DNA of 64,000 nt from Candidatus Bathyarchaeia archaeon (GCA_038882955.1 JAVZNC010000002.1:96001-160000), one strand, 5' to 3'; shown: positions 1-10,091, counted from the first letter of the stretch. Made by a program: numbers and translations. The notes: generated from the sequence alone by a model not told the origin.

Positions 1-212
1 TTTATCCATCTCAAATAAGCATTTAATGCCGCCCGTAAAGCCGCGGTATCCCTTGCTTCAATATTCAAAATTAAGCAATCCTCTTTAGCTTCTAAGGTAG
101 CCCTTGAGCGGGATGTGGGCGGCTTTTGCATTTCTGGCTTTAGGGCTTCAGAAATTGTTTGTAGGAGACTTCTATCCTTAAATCTAATTTTGCATTTGGC
201 ACGCGAGGTCAT
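1..212 (-). CDS. pcc1: KEOPS complex subunit Pcc1 (partial, runs off window start)
   Basis: Manually translated (not in ORF track): MTSRAKCKIRFKDRSLLQTISEALKPE...SRATLEAKEDCLILNIEARDTAALRAALNAYLRWI. The D-xx-ALRAALN-xYLRWI motif and the position in the exosome superoperon fit Pcc1. Confidence 0.9.
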   Translation of the reverse strand, partial: MTSRAKCKIRFKDRSLLQTISEALKPEMQKPPTSRSRATLEAKEDCLILNIEARDTAALRAALNAYLRWI

Positions 213-240
213 AATGCAAACCGTTGAGCAGTTAAAGTTG

Positions 241-657
241 TTAACCGAAGACTTTTCGCAGCATGCTTCTAATCATTTCAATATGCGCCTTATCTTCCAA
301 GATCTCTCTGTCCCTTTCTTCCATGTGAGCTAGGTGCGTTTGTATCTCCCTGTCATATTCGTCAACAAGCATGTTTGTTCGCTCTATAACTTGTTTAACC
401 CAGTTGAGTTTCTCTTCGAAATCATCAATAGACGTTATCAACCTAAGCCTATCACCTAAAACAAAGAGTTTTCTATCCCAAAGATGTCTACTAGATCTCC
501 ATTCCCGTTCAAATATGTCTTGCCAAACATGGTCTGGCATGGCATCAAGTGGCAGATCAATCATATAAGCGTCAACAAAGTACCCGTCTCTAGTTATAGT
601 AATCTTGTCAATTTCCAGCGGTTTTACAAGGTTAACTTTTCTGGCATAATTCACCAT
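241..657 (-). CDS. hypothetical protein (138 aa, C-terminal coiled coil)
   Basis: Clean ORF filling the gap between rpl37ae and pcc1, with an AT-rich promoter-like segment upstream. No family recognised. Confidence 0.7.
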   Translation of the reverse strand: MVNYARKVNLVKPLEIDKITITRDGYFVDAYMIDLPLDAMPDHVWQDIFEREWRSSRHLWDRKLFVLGDRLRLITSIDDFEEKLNWVKQVIERTNMLVDEYDREIQTHLAHMEERDREILEDKAHIEMIRSMLRKVFG

Positions 658-735
658 AACAAGCCCAAATATTTATTATTCTTTATAATACTTAAAAGCT
701 ATGCCTAAGAACGAATCTAGGAAGCATTTTTGTGT

Positions 736-1038
736 TTATTCGCTTTCTTCTTCCGACGCTTCTTGCACTACTTCTTCAACGGGTGCTCCCTTCGCAACAC
801 GCTTAGCAACCAATCCAAGTTTTGTCGTTGGAGTATAAGCGCCGCCAGCAAAAATAAAGCCACATTTTCGGCATTCCCAAACGCCAACGCTTACTCTTTT
901 CACGCGTTGAAATCCACATTGTGGACACGCGTGGGGCTTCTTTAGTTCTGTGGCAACTTTGATGTAACGTTTCCTAACTGTTGAGCCGTAACGTGCTCCC
1001 AGTCCGCGTGTCGGTCCAACCTTTTTTGTTCTTACCAT
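736..1038 (-). CDS. rpl37ae: 50S ribosomal protein L37ae (eL43)
   Basis: GARYGSTVRK motif and CPQC...CRKC zinc ribbon. Start moved to ATG 1038. Confidence 0.97.
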   Translation of the reverse strand: MVRTKKVGPTRGLGARYGSTVRKRYIKVATELKKPHACPQCGFQRVKRVSVGVWECRKCGFIFAGGAYTPTTKLGLVAKRVAKGAPVEEVVQEASEEESE

Positions 1039-1040
1039 AA

Positions 1041-1832
1041 TCACCGCCAACCAAGCTTCTTTCCCATTTCTTCACTTTTCTCTTTTGCTATTTGCGCTGC
1101 CTCCAAGACTTGCTGTGGCGAGAAGTAGCCGCTTCCACCCTTCTGAATTGCGCATATGTTTGCGTCATCATCAATTGCCATTGAAATCCGCGCGTCCATA
1201 ACCTGTTCTTCATCTAATCCTGGGTCAACAACAAGCTTTTCGCCTATCTTCGCGAAGGTGACGGTTATTGGGCGTTTTCTGACTGGCAGTGAAACATAAC
1301 CAGGCTTAATTTTTACTTGTCCTTCCTCAACTTCATAATTTGGCATTTTCGTATTGAGCAGTGCTGCCACTGCGGCTATTGCCGAAGCGTCTATTAGATT
1401 TCCATCGTGGTTTAGCACGTAAACGTCAACGAAAACGACAAAGACGTTTTTTCCTGGTTCTATGCATAGCTTTTCGAGGTCTATGGCTTTTGATTCGCGT
1501 ATTCCCCTGTCAACAATCCTTGCAAGTTCTATGGAGTTTTCGTCTGGTGGTCCAGGCTCGAATGTTGGAGATGCTAGTGGCACTAGCTCCGCGTTTACGG
1601 TTAATACTCCCTCGTTCGGCGTGTCCGAGAATGGTTGTCCAGTTTCAATTTTCACTCCAACCATGACTTCTGTTTTCCCAAGGAGCACTTTTGCTGAGCC
1701 TTCTGCGCGCTCAATTATTCCCTGTTCAATTTTTATTTCACGATAATCCTTTAAGCCTCTGCCGTCTAGGCGTTTTCCTTTTGCTATAAGCTGCGCAATT
1801 TCCCTCTGCTTAACGCGTGTAATCATCGCCAT
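1041..1832 (-). CDS. rrp42: exosome complex component Rrp42
   Basis: RLDGR..DYR, AEGSAKV, PGPPDENSIE and DGNLIDA motifs, plus operon position. Confidence 0.97.
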   Translation of the reverse strand: MAMITRVKQREIAQLIAKGKRLDGRGLKDYREIKIEQGIIERAEGSAKVLLGKTEVMVGVKIETGQPFSDTPNEGVLTVNAELVPLASPTFEPGPPDENSIELARIVDRGIRESKAIDLEKLCIEPGKNVFVVFVDVYVLNHDGNLIDASAIAAVAALLNTKMPNYEVEEGQVKIKPGYVSLPVRKRPITVTFAKIGEKLVVDPGLDEEQVMDARISMAIDDDANICAIQKGGSGYFSPQQVLEAAQIAKEKSEEMGKKLGWR

Positions 1833-2566
1833 TACTCTTCAGCCTCCTTAAAGCTTACATACTTGGCTTTTAAGGCTTCCTTCTGCAGTGCATAGATTTT
1901 ATTGCATCCGTCAAGTGCAAGGTTAACGGCTTTCTCAAACTCTTCAAGCGTCAACTGCCCATCCATCTGAAGCAAAGTTATAGCGTTTAGGTTAGGCATC
2001 AAAGCCACGGGCACGTCTGCCCCACCCATCTTGTCTTCAGCATCCATCAGATCCAGAACTATTGTGTCATCAACTTTTCCAGCAGAGCATGCAGCAACTA
2101 AATCCCGCATTGGAATTCCAGCATCAGCCAAAGCCAGCGAAGCTGCTGTTATGCTTGCGCACCGCGTGCTTCCGTCAGCTTGCAAAACTTCTATGAAGAT
2201 GTCTATTCCTGTTCTTGGGTAATATTCGAGGAATATGGATGGTTCGAGTGCTTCTCTAATGACCTTCGAGAGTTCGATTTCTCTTCTTGACGGTGCTGGC
2301 GACTTGCGCTCCTGAACAGAAAATGGTGCCATGTGATAGCGGCACCTTAAAACCATGCGGTCTGGAAGCGCCATGTGCTTTGGATGCAACTCTTTTGGAC
2401 CAAAAACTGCGGCTAGAATCTTATTTTTTCCCTGCTCAATGTACGCCGAACCATCAGCATTTGACAAAATTCCAACATCAATTTTTATTGGTCTTAACTC
2501 GTCTGGTTTCCTGCCATCTGCCCTTAAACCTTTCTTATCAATTAATTTTGCACTTTTCTGGCTCAT
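1832..2566 (-). CDS. rrp41: exosome complex exonuclease Rrp41
   Basis: [29 protein letters not shown] and QADGSTR RNase PH motifs. Confidence 0.98.
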   Translation of the reverse strand: MSQKSAKLIDKKGLRADGRKPDELRPIKIDVGILSNADGSAYIEQGKNKILAAVFGPKELHPKHMALPDRMVLRCRYHMAPFSVQERKSPAPSRREIELSKVIREALEPSIFLEYYPRTGIDIFIEVLQADGSTRCASITAASLALADAGIPMRDLVAACSAGKVDDTIVLDLMDAEDKMGGADVPVALMPNLNAITLLQMDGQLTLEEFEKAVNLALDGCNKIYALQKEALKAKYVSFKEAEE

Positions 2567-2567
2567 T

Positions 2568-3269
2568 CTAATTTACACCTCTTTTTCCTTTCATTTCTTT
2601 AAGCATCTGTGTTATACGGTCTGTTAAACCGCTTGTGTGGGACTCCTCCTCAATCTTGTTTATTGCCATAATTGCCAACTGCTCATCTTCTGGAGTTTTC
2701 CCAGTTATTAGTATAACGCCGTTCAAGCCTAGGATTATTTGACATCCAGTTTCCTGCTTTATCATCGATATCATCGAACCTTTTCTTCCAATAACGCGTG
2801 GAATTTTTGTTGGAGTGATTTTTATTATTTGACCGCGGGTTATTTTTCCAAGTCCCGGCTCTGCCACTGTTAGTTGCGGGTTGTGCGCTCTGTCGTATGC
2901 AGTTATTTTTGCAACTATTAGGTCGCCAATGTCTAGGACTTGGGATAAGTCGTCTTTTGGCGGTCTGAATGGTCTACTTAGGGCGTCAGAAGCCCTTAAA
3001 AGCGCTTCATAGGGAGCGTTTATGTCAACCGTCCAACCGTTAAACCCAATTTCCGTTACTGTTCCTATGACTATGTCTCCAACTTTTGGAATGTAGAACG
3101 CCCTTAATGCGACAACGTTAACTTTCTTGTTCTCGTAATCCACCAACCCTATTCTTGAAGCGTAAATTCTTTTTCCTTCCGCGTAAGTGTTTTCGCCAGC
3201 TATGTAATCGTCTTCCGCAATCAAGTCTCCGGGAACAACAAGCTGTTTTCTTTCAAAAAATGTTGGCAT
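2568..3269 (-). CDS. rrp4: exosome RNA-binding subunit Rrp4 (S1+KH)
   Basis: [18 protein letters not shown] motif [10 protein letters not shown] and HTSGLTDRI. Confidence 0.97.
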   Translation of the reverse strand: MPTFFERKQLVVPGDLIAEDDYIAGENTYAEGKRIYASRIGLVDYENKKVNVVALRAFYIPKVGDIVIGTVTEIGFNGWTVDINAPYEALLRASDALSRPFRPPKDDLSQVLDIGDLIVAKITAYDRAHNPQLTVAEPGLGKITRGQIIKITPTKIPRVIGRKGSMISMIKQETGCQIILGLNGVILITGKTPEDEQLAIMAINKIEEESHTSGLTDRITQMLKEMKGKRGVN

Positions 3270-3302
3270 GCATCACACCTAAATCATAACTTATTCGGGC
3301 TT

Positions 3303-3992
3303 TTAAGAAATTACTTTTGCCTCTCCACTTCCTTTTGTTATTTCACCAAGCCTTTCTAGGAAGGGCGCATATAAGCCTGCTGGCATCTCTATTATGCCGT
3401 ACCATGAGCCGTCCGAGCGCCACTCTTCTCTTTTTATTGTTCCGAACCCTTTTATTGTGCCATATGCCCTTGCAGAATACTGTGCAGGTATGTGTACGCC
3501 CACCGAGATTTGCTCCATCTTTAGTGGCAAAATTGCCCTAAGCTGTTTTATGATTTCTTTTGCTTGTTCTTCCACTGGTTTGAATGGGTCTATTGGATAG
3601 TGTATTTGTTCTAAGGCGTTTTCTATGCGCATGGGCGGATGTGGCAGGTTCGTTTTTGGATCAACGCACTGTCTTGAAATAAAGTCTATGATTTGTTTTC
3701 TTTTGTCCTCAATCATTTTTCTGCGTTGTTCTGTTGTGAGTTGTAGGGTTCCCTTTTTCAGTATTATGTCTGCAATTTTAAGCGGGTCTGTTGTTCCAAA
3801 GGCTTTGCGGAGGTTTTCTTCAGCCACCTTTGTGCCCTTGTTTGCATCTGAAAATATTGTTTCGGTAACAAGCACTTCGCTTAGGGCTGTTATTTTCCCC
3901 ATTCTGTAGTCCAAAGCTTTTTGAGGTTTCACAAGGACTTCAAAGTGTTCATTGTCCTTTGTTATGCGCGCAACAGTGTACTTTTCACTCAT
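3303..3992 (-). CDS. sbds: ribosome maturation factor SBDS/Sdo1
   Basis: [29 protein letters not shown] and [10 protein letters not shown] motifs. Confidence 0.97.
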   Translation of the reverse strand: MSEKYTVARITKDNEHFEVLVKPQKALDYRMGKITALSEVLVTETIFSDANKGTKVAEENLRKAFGTTDPLKIADIILKKGTLQLTTEQRRKMIEDKRKQIIDFISRQCVDPKTNLPHPPMRIENALEQIHYPIDPFKPVEEQAKEIIKQLRAILPLKMEQISVGVHIPAQYSARAYGTIKGFGTIKREEWRSDGSWYGIIEMPAGLYAPFLERLGEITKGSGEAKVIS

Positions 3993-3999
3993 CAGCAAT

Positions 4000-4728
4000 T
4001 CACTTGCCTACGCCCAATTCTTTCAAAATACCCTCTATTTTTTCGTCGGTGAGCATTTCCATTTTCTTTGTTTCTGATGGTATTACTGCCATCTTTATTC
4101 TTGGGGGCAATTGTCTTGCTTCTAAGGCTTTTACTAGACATTTTGCCACGAGCTTCACGGTGTCGTCGAGATTCAGGTCTTCTTTATATTCTTCTTTGAG
4201 TATGGCGAAAACAGTTTCCCTTCCAGCGCCTTCCGCCCTGCACTTGTAGCTTCTGTATGTTCCGCTTGGATGCGTTCCAAGAATGCGATTTCCAGTTTTG
4301 TCAACTCCGCCAAATATCATTGATACTCCAAAAGGTCTTACACCTGCGTGTTGCGTGTACAACTGTTTTATGTCGCATATCCTTTTTGTCACAACTTCCA
4401 CGTCTATCGGCTCGTCATATGTCAATCTGTTGCTTTGGGCGTAAATTCGCGCTTGGTCTATTAATACGCGAGCGTCAGAGCTTAAACCAACTATTGCCAC
4501 GCCAATATGCTCATCAATCTTAAAGATTTTCCACGAATTTCCAGTCTCTTCAAGAGGGTCGGCAGTCTCCTCCGCCCCCAAAACAACACCTTCAATGCAT
4601 TTTATCCCCAAAATGGTTGCTCCACGGTTAACAAGCTCCATTGCATACTCAACTTGGAAAAGCCTACCGTCTGGTGAAAAAACCGTTATCGCACGATCAT
4701 AAGCACCTGGCGCCGCAAACACAGACAT
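4000..4728 (-). CDS. psmA: proteasome subunit alpha
   Basis: [20 protein letters not shown] signature and GVRPFGVS. Confidence 0.98.
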   Translation of the reverse strand: MSVFAAPGAYDRAITVFSPDGRLFQVEYAMELVNRGATILGIKCIEGVVLGAEETADPLEETGNSWKIFKIDEHIGVAIVGLSSDARVLIDQARIYAQSNRLTYDEPIDVEVVTKRICDIKQLYTQHAGVRPFGVSMIFGGVDKTGNRILGTHPSGTYRSYKCRAEGAGRETVFAILKEEYKEDLNLDDTVKLVAKCLVKALEARQLPPRIKMAVIPSETKKMEMLTDEKIEGILKELGVGK

Positions 4729-4830
4729 ACATATCCTACCTCACACTAACACATTTGCAGACTTTCATACAGTAAATGGATTAATTAATGTTATGCTTAG
4801 CCAGTATATGAGCTTTCCATTCTTGATAAA

Positions 4831-5262
4831 TTAGGTTGCCTTAAGCTTTCGGATTTGCTTACGCTTTCTCTTTGCCTCCAGTTCTTTTTGCATTTTTTCG
4901 CAACGGTTATACCACAACTTCTCATAATCCTTATGAGGAATAACCCTATCTTTAAGGTCGGCTATTGTGTAAATTTCCTCCTTCTCGCACCATTTAAGGC
5001 AGATTTCGTAAGCCTCCCAATCTAGTTCTTCAGTTTCCCAATACGCTGGAACTTGGGAAAAACCATGTAAAAAGGCAGCAAAAGCCCTCGTGTGCCCGTC
5101 TACAAGGATAATCTTATTTTTAAGTCGCTTTATCGGTATTGGCTCCATCGAGGCTGGATTGGTTGCATCAAAAGTTTTCATCACTTCGGATAACTTTTCA
5201 GAACTGATGAACAGTTGGGTTGGTTGTATATGGTCAAGTTTTATCATGAAAGTTTTGGGCAC
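4831..5262 (-). CDS. stand-alone ParB/sulfiredoxin-fold protein
   Basis: IQPTQ...PIPI...ILVDGHTRAFAA matches the ParB/Srx N-terminal motif pattern. Confidence 0.65.
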   Translation of the reverse strand: MPKTFMIKLDHIQPTQLFISSEKLSEVMKTFDATNPASMEPIPIKRLKNKIILVDGHTRAFAAFLHGFSQVPAYWETEELDWEAYEICLKWCEKEEIYTIADLKDRVIPHKDYEKLWYNRCEKMQKELEAKRKRKQIRKLKAT

Positions 5263-5324
5263 CGTTCTGCACCAGTAACTATTAAGAGTTTAATGTTAAA
5301 TATTAAAGCCGTGGTGTGCCTATC

Positions 5325-6218
5325 ATGTCAAAAATTGGGCTAGAAGGAATTTTTGTTCCACATGTAACTCCGTTTAAACACGATGGCGAAATGGACACAA
5401 AAGCGTTGAGAAGGCTTGTGCAGTTTTGGATTAGTGGTGGGCTTTCTGGACTTGTAACTTGTGGAAGCAATGGAGAAGCGCCCTACTTGTTGAGAGAGGA
5501 GCGGAGAAAACTGTTTGAAACGGTTGTGGATGAGGCGAATGGCAAAGTGCCAGTTATCGCGGGAACTGGAGCCATAAGCACGAAAGAAACAATCCAGTTG
5601 ACTATGGACGCAAGGGATGTGGGTGTTGACGCTGCGCTTGTTGTAACGCCGTTTTACTTCAAATATTCAAGTGAAGAGTTGTATGCGCATTATAGTGCTG
5701 TGCTTGAGGCTGTTGACTTACCAATAATAGTCTATAATGTTCCAAAGTTCACTGGATTTTCGCTTGAACCAGCACTTGTTGAAAGGCTTTCATCTGAGTA
5801 CAGTCATGTTGTTGGAGTAAAGGATAGCAGCGGAAGCTACAGCCAAATAACCGAACTTGTTAGGCTCGTGGGCAGAAAAATCTCAGTTCTAGCTGGAACA
5901 GCCGATTTAACTCTTCCAACGTTGGCGCTTGGCGGAAAAGGCGCCGTAATAGCTGTTGCAAATGTTGCCCCGAAGCTTTGCAGCGAACTTTACAAAGCTT
6001 TTAAAGACGGAGACTGCACGAAAGCATGGGAACTTCAAAAAACAATTTCACGTATAAACGAAGTTCTTGTGATAAGGCATAACCAGCTTGCAGCAATAAA
6101 GGAAGCATTAAATATTATTGGCTTACCAGCGGGATACCCACGAAGACCAACGTTACCGTTAAATGATAGAGAGAAAGGAGAAATCAGAAAGTTTATGGAA
6201 GAAATTGGCTTTACCTAA
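5325..6218 (+). CDS. dapA: dihydrodipicolinate synthase (DapA/NanA) family aldolase
   Basis: VTPF, GSNGE, YNVP and the Schiff-base lysine in GVKDSSG. Confidence 0.88.
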   Translation: MSKIGLEGIFVPHVTPFKHDGEMDTKALRRLVQFWISGGLSGLVTCGSNGEAPYLLREERRKLFETVVDEANGKVPVIAGTGAISTKETIQLTMDARDVGVDAALVVTPFYFKYSSEELYAHYSAVLEAVDLPIIVYNVPKFTGFSLEPALVERLSSEYSHVVGVKDSSGSYSQITELVRLVGRKISVLAGTADLTLPTLALGGKGAVIAVANVAPKLCSELYKAFKDGDCTKAWELQKTISRINEVLVIRHNQLAAIKEALNIIGLPAGYPRRPTLPLNDREKGEIRKFMEEIGFT

Positions 6219-6637
6219 ACGGTTTTGAATTTCAGCCTTTTGATGTAATCCAAGACTTTCGACTTTATTAAATCTCTAATCTTTCGCGCCTCATCCAGCG
6301 GCATTTCCCTTGGGTCTGGGACATTCCATTCTTCGACATCCTTAACGTAAACAACTGGACACTCTGCACTTCCACAAACTATCACAGCGGCATCAACTTT
6401 CGTCTGCATCTCAAATGTTAGAGCTTTTGGCTTTTTGTCGCTTATGTCTATTCCTTCTTCGTGCATCAGCAATACTGCGTTTGGATGAACCTTTTCCGCT
6501 GGTCTGCTGCCACCGCTTATGGCTCGCCAACCATCTGGGGCAAACTTGTTGAAGTAGACTTCGGCAATTTGGCTTCTAAAACTGTTTTCAACACAGACAA
6601 ACAGAACTGTTTTTATCAGACGCTTACCTTTCTTCAT
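6215..6637 (-). CDS. arsC: arsenate reductase ArsC / LMW-PTP family protein
   Basis: P-loop CVENSFRSQ (CX5R), resolving pair VCGSAECP and WNVPDP. Confidence 0.85.
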   Translation of the reverse strand: MKKGKRLIKTVLFVCVENSFRSQIAEVYFNKFAPDGWRAISGGSRPAEKVHPNAVLLMHEEGIDISDKKPKALTFEMQTKVDAAVIVCGSAECPVVYVKDVEEWNVPDPREMPLDEARKIRDLIKSKVLDYIKRLKFKTV

Positions 6638-7863
6638 TCTTTCCAGTCTAAAAGCCTCTTCTCGCCTTCAATCTTCTTTATATCGGTTATATCTTGCGTA
6701 ACTTCCATTGTCCCCAAATATTTTCCGTTCCTGTCCCTAACCGCAAAATACCTTATTTGGATTAAACGGTTGTTTACATTGATCCAAAATTCGGCGACGT
6801 CCTTCTTTCCTTCTTTGAAGGCGTCAAGGATGCGGTTTACTATGTGTATACTTTTTTGCGGGTGGCAAAGCTGCACTTTTCTGCCAATGACGGCTTTTGT
6901 TCGAACAAAAACGCGTTTTTCAGCCTTGTTGAAATACCTTACAGTGTCATCCTTATCCACAAATGTTATGTCGACTGGCAACGCGTTTAGCAGTGCTTCG
7001 AGTTCCTCCTTGGTTAATGTTCCAGTTTCAAACTGTAACGCGAAAGGCCTCTCTTCTGGCTTCATAACTTTCTCCTCTCTTTCTGCTTCCACTATTTGTG
7101 GTGCGCCAGTTAACTCTGGCGGTGTAAAACAGCAGTATCCAATTTCATCAAATTCGCGTCTTATAGCTTTCCACTCATCTTCAGTTATGACCCGCAACGC
7201 CGTTGGAAAGAGTATGTTGTTCTCCTTAAAAAAGTGGCTTGCCAACAAGCCGTTTAAGGCTTCAGCCAACTCGCTTAACTGCACTTTAAACTCTTGAAAA
7301 CTTGATGCACCGTAATTTTCAACAAGTTTGTTTAGCGCCTTCTTTTTCTCTCTTATATGGTTGTGCTCCATCCACATTATTGCTGGCGGCTCTGTAATCC
7401 CATGCTTCTCCAAAGTTGGAAAGAGCACATTCTCCTCGCGTAAATAGTGCTTCTCAGAGTCCATGAAATCCCTTGCTAAATGTTGCAGAACATGAATTTC
7501 CTCTTCAATGTAGCTAGCTTCGCTGAGCTGTTGAATCTTGTTCACTGTTGCCACGAGTTTTCCAGCAAGCTGCAGCATAATCTTGTGTTCTTCCATAAGT
7601 ATGTTGATTGGGTGGCTTGCTGGCACGTCAAGTTTCTGTTTTTCCAGCTGTTCTCTAAAAACAGCCATGTGCACATCGCAGAGCCTTTGCAATTCCTCTC
7701 TTGGCATTCCTTCCCTTATTAACTCCTGCTCTATACGGGAAATTTCAAGCGGGCTTATGCCTTCCAGAAACTGCTTAAATCTTTCCTTAACCTCTTGCGG
7801 GGGTGCGCTAGCATGCAGCTGCCTAAGAATTTCCTTCAAAACGTTTTTTCTGTCCTCCGCCAA
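6634..7863 (-). CDS. DUF438 + hemerythrin (HHE) + PAS domain protein
   Basis: EQELIREG..LCDVH (DUF438), HPINILMEEH/HYLREENVLFP/HFFKENNILFP (hemerythrin) and LPVDITFVD..CHPQKS (PAS). Probable TTG start at 7863 after AGGAGG. Confidence 0.9.
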   Translation of the reverse strand: MAEDRKNVLKEILRQLHASAPPQEVKERFKQFLEGISPLEISRIEQELIREGMPREELQRLCDVHMAVFREQLEKQKLDVPASHPINILMEEHKIMLQLAGKLVATVNKIQQLSEASYIEEEIHVLQHLARDFMDSEKHYLREENVLFPTLEKHGITEPPAIMWMEHNHIREKKKALNKLVENYGASSFQEFKVQLSELAEALNGLLASHFFKENNILFPTALRVITEDEWKAIRREFDEIGYCCFTPPELTGAPQIVEAEREEKVMKPEERPFALQFETGTLTKEELEALLNALPVDITFVDKDDTVRYFNKAEKRVFVRTKAVIGRKVQLCHPQKSIHIVNRILDAFKEGKKDVAEFWINVNNRLIQIRYFAVRDRNGKYLGTMEVTQDITDIKKIEGEKRLLDWKE

Positions 7864-7867
7864 AACG

Positions 7868-9046
7868 TTATTCCTCCTTAATCTTTTTTGCAAGCGTCCT
7901 TCCAATTTCAATTATCTGCCTTACATTATCGTCTGTAGGTGGACCATTTATTTCCATGGCTCCGACAACCTTAATTTTTGTTTGTCCAAGCAGCTCTTGA
8001 ACGTGTTTTATTGTTCCTCCGCCCCAACCATATGAACTTAGAACAACGCCAAACTTTAATGGTGGACGCAGAGCCTTGACGAGGTATGCTGCGTAAACGC
8101 CGAGAGGGTGCATTCCACCGAGAACTGTTGGCGCGCCAAGAACTATGGCTTTAGAGTCTACAAGGTCTTTTGCTATATCGCCAATGTCAGATGAAGCCAG
8201 ATTGTAGACGGCTATTTCGATGTCTTCAGAGGAAAGGGTGTCAGCCATAACTTCAATCATCTTTTCTGTGCTGTGCCACATCGTCGCATAAACGATTACT
8301 GCTTTGCGCTTCGTTTTGCCATTAACCCACATTTTATAGGCGTTTAAAATGCGTTCAACATTCTTGTGTATTGGACCATGGCTCGGCGCAATCATCCGTA
8401 TATCTAAACCCTTTATTTTTTCAAGCGCCTTCTGCCCCATCACTCTAAAAGGCATCATTATCTCGCCAAAATACCTCTGGGCGTGAACAAGTAAATCCTC
8501 AATGTCAGCATCGTAAACGCCCCCCGCGAGATGCGCGCCGAAAAAGTCGCATGGAAACAAAATTTCATCTTCTTGCAAATATGTGAACATTGTTTCTGGC
8601 CAGTGGAGCATGGGCGCTTCTATGAAGCGTAATGTTTTACCGCCTAAATCTATTGTTTCTTGGTCTTTGACTGGCATAAGACGGCTTTCTGGAACTTTGT
8701 AGAATGTTTGAGCCATTTTTGCGCCTTTGCTTGATGTCACTATTTTGGCTTTGCTGTTAATTTGCATCATGTATGAAATTGCGCCTGCATGGTCTGGTTC
8801 AGCGTGGTTCATTATTATGTAGTCGATTTCTTTTGGATCTGTGAGGCTGATTATTTTTTCTTCTAATTCCCTTTCGAAGCCTGGGTTTACCGTGTCGATT
8901 AATGCCTTCTTGTTTTTGCCGATTATTAGGTATGCGTTGTAGCTTGTTCCTTTTGGCAGTGGAATCAAAGCGTCGAAAAGTCTTCTGTTCCAGTCTTTTG
9001 CGCCGACCCAGTAAACGTTTTCTGCGAGTTTTGTTATGTTTCTCAA
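7868..9046 (-). CDS. fprA: flavodiiron protein FprA (O2/NO reductase)
   Basis: GTSYNAYL, NHAEPDH, LHWPE, CDFFG and PSHG motifs, followed by a flavodoxin domain (YATMWHST, SYGWGGG). Confidence 0.96.
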   Translation of the reverse strand: MRNITKLAENVYWVGAKDWNRRLFDALIPLPKGTSYNAYLIIGKNKKALIDTVNPGFERELEEKIISLTDPKEIDYIIMNHAEPDHAGAISYMMQINSKAKIVTSSKGAKMAQTFYKVPESRLMPVKDQETIDLGGKTLRFIEAPMLHWPETMFTYLQEDEILFPCDFFGAHLAGGVYDADIEDLLVHAQRYFGEIMMPFRVMGQKALEKIKGLDIRMIAPSHGPIHKNVERILNAYKMWVNGKTKRKAVIVYATMWHSTEKMIEVMADTLSSEDIEIAVYNLASSDIGDIAKDLVDSKAIVLGAPTVLGGMHPLGVYAAYLVKALRPPLKFGVVLSSYGWGGGTIKHVQELLGQTKIKVVGAMEINGPPTDDNVRQIIEIGRTLAKKIKEE

Positions 9047-9062
9047 GGATGTTTCACCACTT

Positions 9063-9084
9063 CTTTATTACAATTGTAATAAAG
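9063..9084. promoter_or_regulatory. perfect 22-bp palindrome, candidate operator
   Basis: CTTTATTACAATTGTAATAAAG is its own reverse complement and lies in the 82-bp divergent fprA/HTH intergenic region. Confidence 0.7.
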
Positions 9085-9128
9085 TATATTTATGCCTTTC
9101 TACACATATACGCTGGGAAGGGTCATAA

Positions 9129-9536
9129 ATGTTGGTGCCATGTGAAGCAGCAGTAAAATGCCTCCTACCAGCAATACGTGCCATGCTCGCGCAAGAGCTT
9201 ACAACAGAGCACAAGCTGAAACAGGCAGAAGCAGCAAAACTTTTGGGAGTGAGCCAACCAGCCATAAGCCTATACTATAGACGCATACGCGGAAAAGCCA
9301 TAAACCTAGAAAAAGACCCCGAAATAACAAAACTAATCAAGGAATTTGCCAACACGTTGGCTAGCAGTGGCAACACAATGTCCCATAAGGAGTTTATCCA
9401 AAAATTCTGCGAAATATGCAAACTAATAAGAGCAAGAGGCTTAATGTGCGAATTACACAAAATCTTTGACCCACAAATAGACATCGAAAAATGCGAGCTC
9501 TGTTTAGCTGCTGGCGCTGTCAACTGTTTTAGATAA
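9129..9536 (+). CDS. XRE-type HTH transcriptional regulator with Cys-rich C-terminus
   Basis: LKQAEAAKLLGVSQPAISLY HTH. N-terminal PCE and C-terminal CEIC..CELH..CELC motifs. Confidence 0.88.
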   Translation: MLVPCEAAVKCLLPAIRAMLAQELTTEHKLKQAEAAKLLGVSQPAISLYYRRIRGKAINLEKDPEITKLIKEFANTLASSGNTMSHKEFIQKFCEICKLIRARGLMCELHKIFDPQIDIEKCELCLAAGAVNCFR

Positions 9537-9581
9537 TCCTTTATAACATGAAACACCATCAAAATTTTGGGGAACAAAAAC

Positions 9582-10091
9582 ATGGGATATTTATCCGCTT
9601 GGAAAGTTCTGGAAGAAATGAGTGCAGAGTTCCGAAAAAGAGGTATATCCGTCCCACAAGAAGTGATGAACGATTTAAAATCCGCCAAAACGCTAATCAA
9701 CATTTTGAAAGCCGACCCCACATGCGTTGAAACAAGCCAAAAAATCGAAGAATTCCTAATGAAAGTTGAGTCCTATCTGGCGTCTGAGGGACAGAAAAAA
9801 TTCGGCGCAGAATACGTAGATGATTGGCTTAAGAAAGTGGATGAGGCGATGCAAAAACCGCATGAAGAAGAGGAAGCGGAAGTTGAAACAAGGTTCATTT
9901 CTGGGCTTCCGCGAGAGCACAAGTGGGTTCGCGTAAAGCCTTCGTCGGACTTGCCGATTGAAAAACTGAAACTTTTAGCTGAAGAATCGAGTCTCTCATA
10001 CGAAATGCAAAAGGACGGTTGCTTGCTCGTTTACGGCGAAGAGACATGCATAAAGGATTTTATCAAAAAGGTAGCTGCAAAACATGCATAA
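9582..10091 (+). CDS. DUF2096 family protein
   Basis: W.VL..M..E.RKRG..VP.EV..DL.SAKTLI pattern and C-terminal SGLPR..WVRV. Confidence 0.7.
   Translation: MGYLSAWKVLEEMSAEFRKRGISVPQEVMNDLKSAKTLINILKADPTCVETSQKIEEFLMKVESYLASEGQKKFGAEYVDDWLKKVDEAMQKPHEEEEAEVETRFISGLPREHKWVRVKPSSDLPIEKLKLLAEESSLSYEMQKDGCLLVYGEETCIKDFIKKVAAKHA

Noticed and set aside
6461-7297. 278-aa plus-strand ORF
   Set aside because: Antisense shadow of the well-supported hemerythrin-PAS and arsC genes, with no recognisable motifs.
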